Below, one piece after another: positions 62,766-64,000 of a stretch of DNA of 64,000 nucleotides. Origin of the DNA: Histomonas meleagridis 2922-C6/04-290x (Eukaryota; Protista; Parabasalia); contig JAANOX010000247.1 of NCBI GenBank assembly GCA_020184695.1, forward strand, positions 62,001 to 126,000, read 5' to 3'. Numbering within the stretch: position 1 is the first letter of the stretch; each line of letters opens with the position of its first letter. Position numbers and translations under genes: made by a program. The notes beneath the pieces are model-generated. The model had not been told where the DNA came from, did no database searches, and saw nothing but the letters and a program-made list of their open reading frames with translations.

Positions 62766-64000
62766 ATGAGTCAGAAAGAAGACAACGATTCCACAAAGAT
62801 TAAAGATGATATTTTATCTGACTTCGAATCTTCTAGTTCTTCAGATGGAAAAAAGAAAAAAACAGCTGAAAAGGAAAAAAATGATTCAAATCTGAATGAA
62901 AAAAAAGAAAATAAAAATGAAGAAATAGCTAAAACAAAGAATAACAGCTCTGACTCTAGTGATAACAACCAAGCTGAATTAGAAAATTCAATATTTAGTG
63001 ATAATGAAGATCACAAACCTAAAGAGAAAGAAGACACTAGCAAAGAAGAAACAAAAATCGAAAAGCCTGAAGAAAAAGAACCAGATAAAATAGAAATTCA
63101 ACCTTTAATTATAAACAAAACAGATTCAATTAACAAAGAAAAAACAACTAATTCAAGTAGGAAAAAAGGGTCAGAGCCCGCCACGCCTAAAGAAAAAGAA
63201 CCTTCCAAAAGCAGTAGCTCAAGCCCAAGTTCTAAATCATCAAACAAATCCAATGGAAACAAAGACTATACAATAGAGAAATCGAAAAACGACAAAATTG
63301 AATTAATACGAATACCCAAACAAGACAACAGTTCTGATTCACGTCAACTTAATCGCATCAAATCTCCATCAAGCAACAAAACCAGTCCAATTCACAAGAA
63401 CAGACAAAAAGAATCTCCAAGCAAATCATCACCTCGCAACATAAGAACGTCAAATTCCAAGCGAAAAGAGCTAACTCCTCCATTATCGCCATCATCGACT
63501 TCATCATCTGCGTCATATTCCTCATCCGAAAGTATCTACGAATACACTAAGAAAGAACTTGAAGATGCACTTTCGTTAATGCTTAAGCGGAAGAGTCTTC
63601 CACCATATGAAATGCGTCCGTCACTAATAAACTATGCGCGTAAGCTTAGTACGCAAAAACTTTTAGAAGAAGAATATGACGAAGCGTCTGAACTTGATAT
63701 GGCCATTGACATCCTTTATTCGAGTATCCAACATGACAACAATGAAAGCGACATGCAAAATGCATCAAACATATTACAGCAACGCCTTGATAATGCTAAA
63801 TCACGCGAGAAGCAATTACGCGAAAAATGGGACGAAGTCATACAACAGAACATGGAAGAAGCCGACGAAAAAATCGACGAGTTAAAAAAGCGTCACAAAG
63901 AAGAAATCGAAGAGTTCGAGAAAGAATGGTCTAAGCCAGAAGTAATGAATCGATTTAACAAGCCATCATCGGAACTTTTGCAAATTCGAAAGCAACAAAA
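62766..64000 (+). CDS. Hypothetical protein, Ser/Lys/Glu-rich N-terminus then coiled coil; runs off the window end
   Basis: Read by eye: open frame from ATG 62766 (MSQKEDNDS...) to the last base (...RFNKPSSELLQIRKQQ). It is absent from the ORF track because no stop lies in the window. Confidence 0.85.
   Translation, partial: MSQKEDNDSTKIKDDILSDFESSSSSDGKKKKTAEKEKNDSNLNEKKENKNEEIAKTKNNSSDSSDNNQAELENSIFSDNEDHKPKEKEDTSKEETKIEKPEEKEPDKIEIQPLIINKTDSINKEKTTNSSRKKGSEPATPKEKEPSKSSSSSPSSKSSNKSNGNKDYTIEKSKNDKIELIRIPKQDNSSDSRQLNRIKSPSSNKTSPIHKNRQKESPSKSSPRNIRTSNSKRKELTPPLSPSSTSSSASYSSSESIYEYTKKELEDALSLMLKRKSLPPYEMRPSLINYARKLSTQKLLEEEYDEASELDMAIDILYSSIQHDNNESDMQNASNILQQRLDNAKSREKQLREKWDEVIQQNMEEADEKIDELKKRHKEEIEEFEKEWSKPEVMNRFNKPSSELLQIRKQQ

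Overview
AT-rich eukaryotic DNA, almost certainly from a parabasalid (Trichomonas/Tritrichomonas-like). Evidence: a DUF3447-ankyrin gene, divergent Rabs, short intergenic regions, no canonical introns seen, and T. vaginalis-type AAAGTGAC, ACGGTT and CCTTT promoter words. About 29 protein genes are present, including a hybrid histidine kinase, 3R-Myb, cullin, cornichon, coronin, MORN3, Cdc25, PIP5K, two Rabs, SGF29, ZIP, a large surface protein, PMI, an Hsp70-like tail-anchored protein, Mo25, RhoGEF-Kelch, an RCC1-repeat protein, a BET-like protein, RPS28, MFS, CK1 and a TruA-family PUS. There is also a calcyphosin pseudogene and a 109-bp MITE-like element. The standout is the ankyrin gene at 25640-28171. 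It looks broken in the ORF track, but each of its seven C-terminal repeat junctions is interrupted by 3-4 T-rich spacers of exactly 17 nt with no GT-AG ends. These spacers separate 3-6 nt micro-exons that encode the x-x-G-x hairpin residues. Removing all 27 spacers by hand gives one stop-free 690-aa ORF with textbook ankyrin linkers (NKKGKTAL, NNYGNTAL, NQRGETAF). This points to an unrecognised excision or skipping mechanism. All coordinates and translations were read by eye; no searches were run.
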